Below are positions 61,279 to 64,000 of a stretch of DNA of 64,000 bases, piece by piece. The translations under genes and the position numbers were made by a program. Numbering within the stretch: the stretch's first letter is position 1; each line of letters begins with the position of its first letter. This DNA comes from Octopus vulgaris (taxonomy: Eukaryota), in contig OX597835.1 in NCBI GenBank assembly GCA_951406725.2, positions 50,654,001 to 50,718,000 of the forward strand, written 5' to 3'. The notes below the pieces were generated by a model. That model saw only the letters and a list, made by a program, of their open reading frames with translations, searched no databases and was not told the origin of the DNA.

Positions 61279-63799
61279 TACATAGTTGATATCATACCTC
61301 CATACCTACAGTTTACACAGGTAGAGTAGAATAGTTAGTGGACTGTTAAGTAGATAAATGTATGTATGTATGTGGGTGTGTGTGTATGCATTTTTTGTTT
61401 TTTCTGTATGTAAGCATATAGATATGTAAGTAAACAGATCAATATACAGATGGATAGGTATATAGACTATATGAACAGATACATATGGAGACACGGATCC
61501 ACACATATAAAGATGAACATCCATACATACAAACATGGTACATAGTTGCATAACACACAGACATGCACACACAAGGAAACAGAGGTGCATACATATACAA
61601 ACACATGCTCACACACACATACAAAGAAAATACACAAACACGGACATGCAAGCATATAAATATGCAGGATACGTACATACAGATGCACACACACACATAT
61701 ATACATACATACACATGCAAACACACACATACATACGTACAAGCATGCATGTATAGGCACCCACACACATGCGCACAAACAAACAAAAGGGAACACAGTG
61801 TAAATAACGGACAGAGTCAAGACTATTGAAAAGGTTGCAAGACTCAACGAAAATTTTAGGAAAATAAAAATAAGAAAAACGTGGAAATTTTACCGGTGAG
61901 TGTGTTACATAATAAGGCACAAAAAGAAAATGACTCTCCCCAGACACAATAAAAGTTTTATAGTAAAAAAAAAATAATTTTATATGTAAAATTTAGAGGT
62001 TACAATTTCATGGGGGTAAAAATTTCATGCAACATGGCATACTCTGAAAACCACATCATTGTAACTAATAAGCCAAGGCGATGGGTCAGAGCCAATACAC
62101 ATTTCAATATGCATACACCTTTCAATCCAATATTTCTTTGCAGAAGATATTCTTTGTGTAAGTTCTCCCTTTTCTTTTCCCTTGTTTGTCAGTGTTGATA
62201 ATTTTAACTCTCACATCAGATAATTTGCGAGCCTTTGAGAATGCAACATATAGCTGATCATGGCCAAATACAGGTTCAGGCAAGAACAGCTCCACTTATC
62301 AAATGTCTGCCCTTGTGATTTATTGATAGTCATTGCTTATGACAGGCGAACAGGAAACTGGTTTCTTTTTAAAGTGAATGACAAGTTTGGGATGTGCATG
62401 GATTAAATGATATAAAAAACTTCAATTAAAGAATAAATTACTTTTCACTATGCACTCACCATCATCGCTGCCACCACCACCACCACCACCACCTCTCTCT
62501 CTCCCTGCCTCTCTTTAATCACACCATCAGAACATCACCCCTCTGCTAAAATTATATTCCTAACTCTCCTCTATATCACTATCTTCAACTAACATTTTTA
62601 ACCACATAATAAATATTAGGTTCCCCCTACTACATAATTTGGATGCTTCTCTCTCCATCTTTTCTCTTTCCCTCTTTCTGCTTCACTCTATGCCTTATCC
62701 TCTTTCCTGCTTTTTTCTTTCTTCCTCTTTTTCACTAATCATGTGACAGTGTTACCAATGGGCTAGGTAATGTAATGACAAGCAGAACTATTATAAGATA
62801 GTTTCAAATTTTGACAATTAAGAACCAGTCAAGTACTAGGTTCAGTAAACTCCACCTCCTAAAATTGTTGGTCTTGTGCCAAAATTTAAAACATTAGTAA
62901 TAGTATTATATCCTTTCTCAGAATTAAAAATAAAACAAAAAGTATACAAATGAAATTTTGTTATCCATACTCCATGACTCACTTCACCTCCTCCCCTCCC
63001 CCAGCCATCACCAAAGAAAAAGAAAGTGGCTCACAGTCATTTATATAAAGCTGAGATATCCAAATACCAAGGACTATAAGAACTTTCACTAGTCCAACTC
63101 CATAATGTTATATTATTTACTTAATCATCATTATTGTTACAATTACTTGGAAAAATAGGAACACCTTAATATATGTATGTGTGTGTACACAAAGGCTTAT
63201 AAAAGAATTAAAACTGGAAGTCCTGAGATGAGTATCTATATTCAACACCCTCAAACATTAAGTAGTTACTTTTCAGAAGTCTCGTGTGTGTAAGTGGGGG
63301 GAGGTCTATTTATGTTATATCTGCTACACATCTTATTTTTACATAGAAATGTCTTAAGTCCGTGAAAAAAAATCTACAAATTAGGGTGGTATTGTTGAAT
63401 AATGCTGACTGATTGCTACTGTGTGGCTCCAATGCAGCACCTGCCATCTCAATTAATTGTGCTCACAATCTGTTAGCATTGCGTATACAGTGTTTATCAT
63501 AGTATGGACATCTAAGTACGACAAGTATAATCAAAACAATAACAATGGAAATAAAAACATGATGATAGAAGTGAAAGATTTTTCTTCCAAGATAACAGTT
63601 ACAGTAGGAAAGCACTTAAGCTAAACTGTTGCCTAGGAAGTAAAAATGAGAAACTATGCTAAGAAGTATGGCAATGAAGTGGAAGAGGGGATTCTGGAGG
63701 GCCAGGACAGCAAAAATATAAGAATGAAGAAAACATAAATAATAGTTACAGACTGCTTAACCCTTCTGTTACCATATTTCTATCAAAATACACCAGGTT

Positions 63800-64000
63800 T
63801 CATCATCGTCATCTAGCATCCATTTTCTATGCTGGCATGGGTTCGACAGTTTGACAGGAGCTGCCAGCCACAGAGGTGCACCAGGCTCCAATTGTCTGAT
63901 TGGGAGGATTTCTATGGTTGGATGCCCTCCCTAACATCAATCACTTTACAGTGTACTGGATGTCACATAAGTGACATGGGTACCACTTATGTGGCACCAG
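63800..64000 (-). mobile_element. RTE 3' tail copy, truncated by the window end
   Basis: catcatcgtcatc...atgctggcatgggtt...ggatgccctccctaac. Confidence 0.7.

Overview
Eukaryotic, AT-rich, repeat-saturated genomic DNA. The SINE/LINE repertoire and (TA)n/(CA)n density suggest an octopus/cephalopod genome, which is an inference. The only host coding sequence I can support is two small minus-strand exons (17913-17977 and 15046-15089) of a DENND1/connecdenn-like gene, so most of the window is probably intron. The rest is transposable-element debris: a Helitron Rep remnant followed by a USP/C19-like fragment, three non-autonomous Helitrons, mariner, Tc1, maT-like, Tigger/pogo and hAT remnants, TTAA- and TA-flanked MITEs, CR1, RTE and full-length Tx1/L1 LINEs, several tRNA-derived SINE families, a Penelope GIY-YIG fragment, and a 44-bp minisatellite that grew inside a MITE. 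The most interesting signal is a set of fold-back elements carrying minimal type I hammerhead-ribozyme motifs with palindromic stem III, of the kind known from Penelope-like elements. I find six complete or decayed motifs plus one half motif. One of them, with an intact core at 40501-40545, sits at the apex of a long palindrome into which a 5.2-kb Tx1-like LINE has inserted with an 18-bp TSD immediately upstream of the ribozyme and in the same orientation. Another (56870-56912, minus strand) has a compensatory U3-A8 core pair. A four-level nested transposon stack spans 8370-14095.
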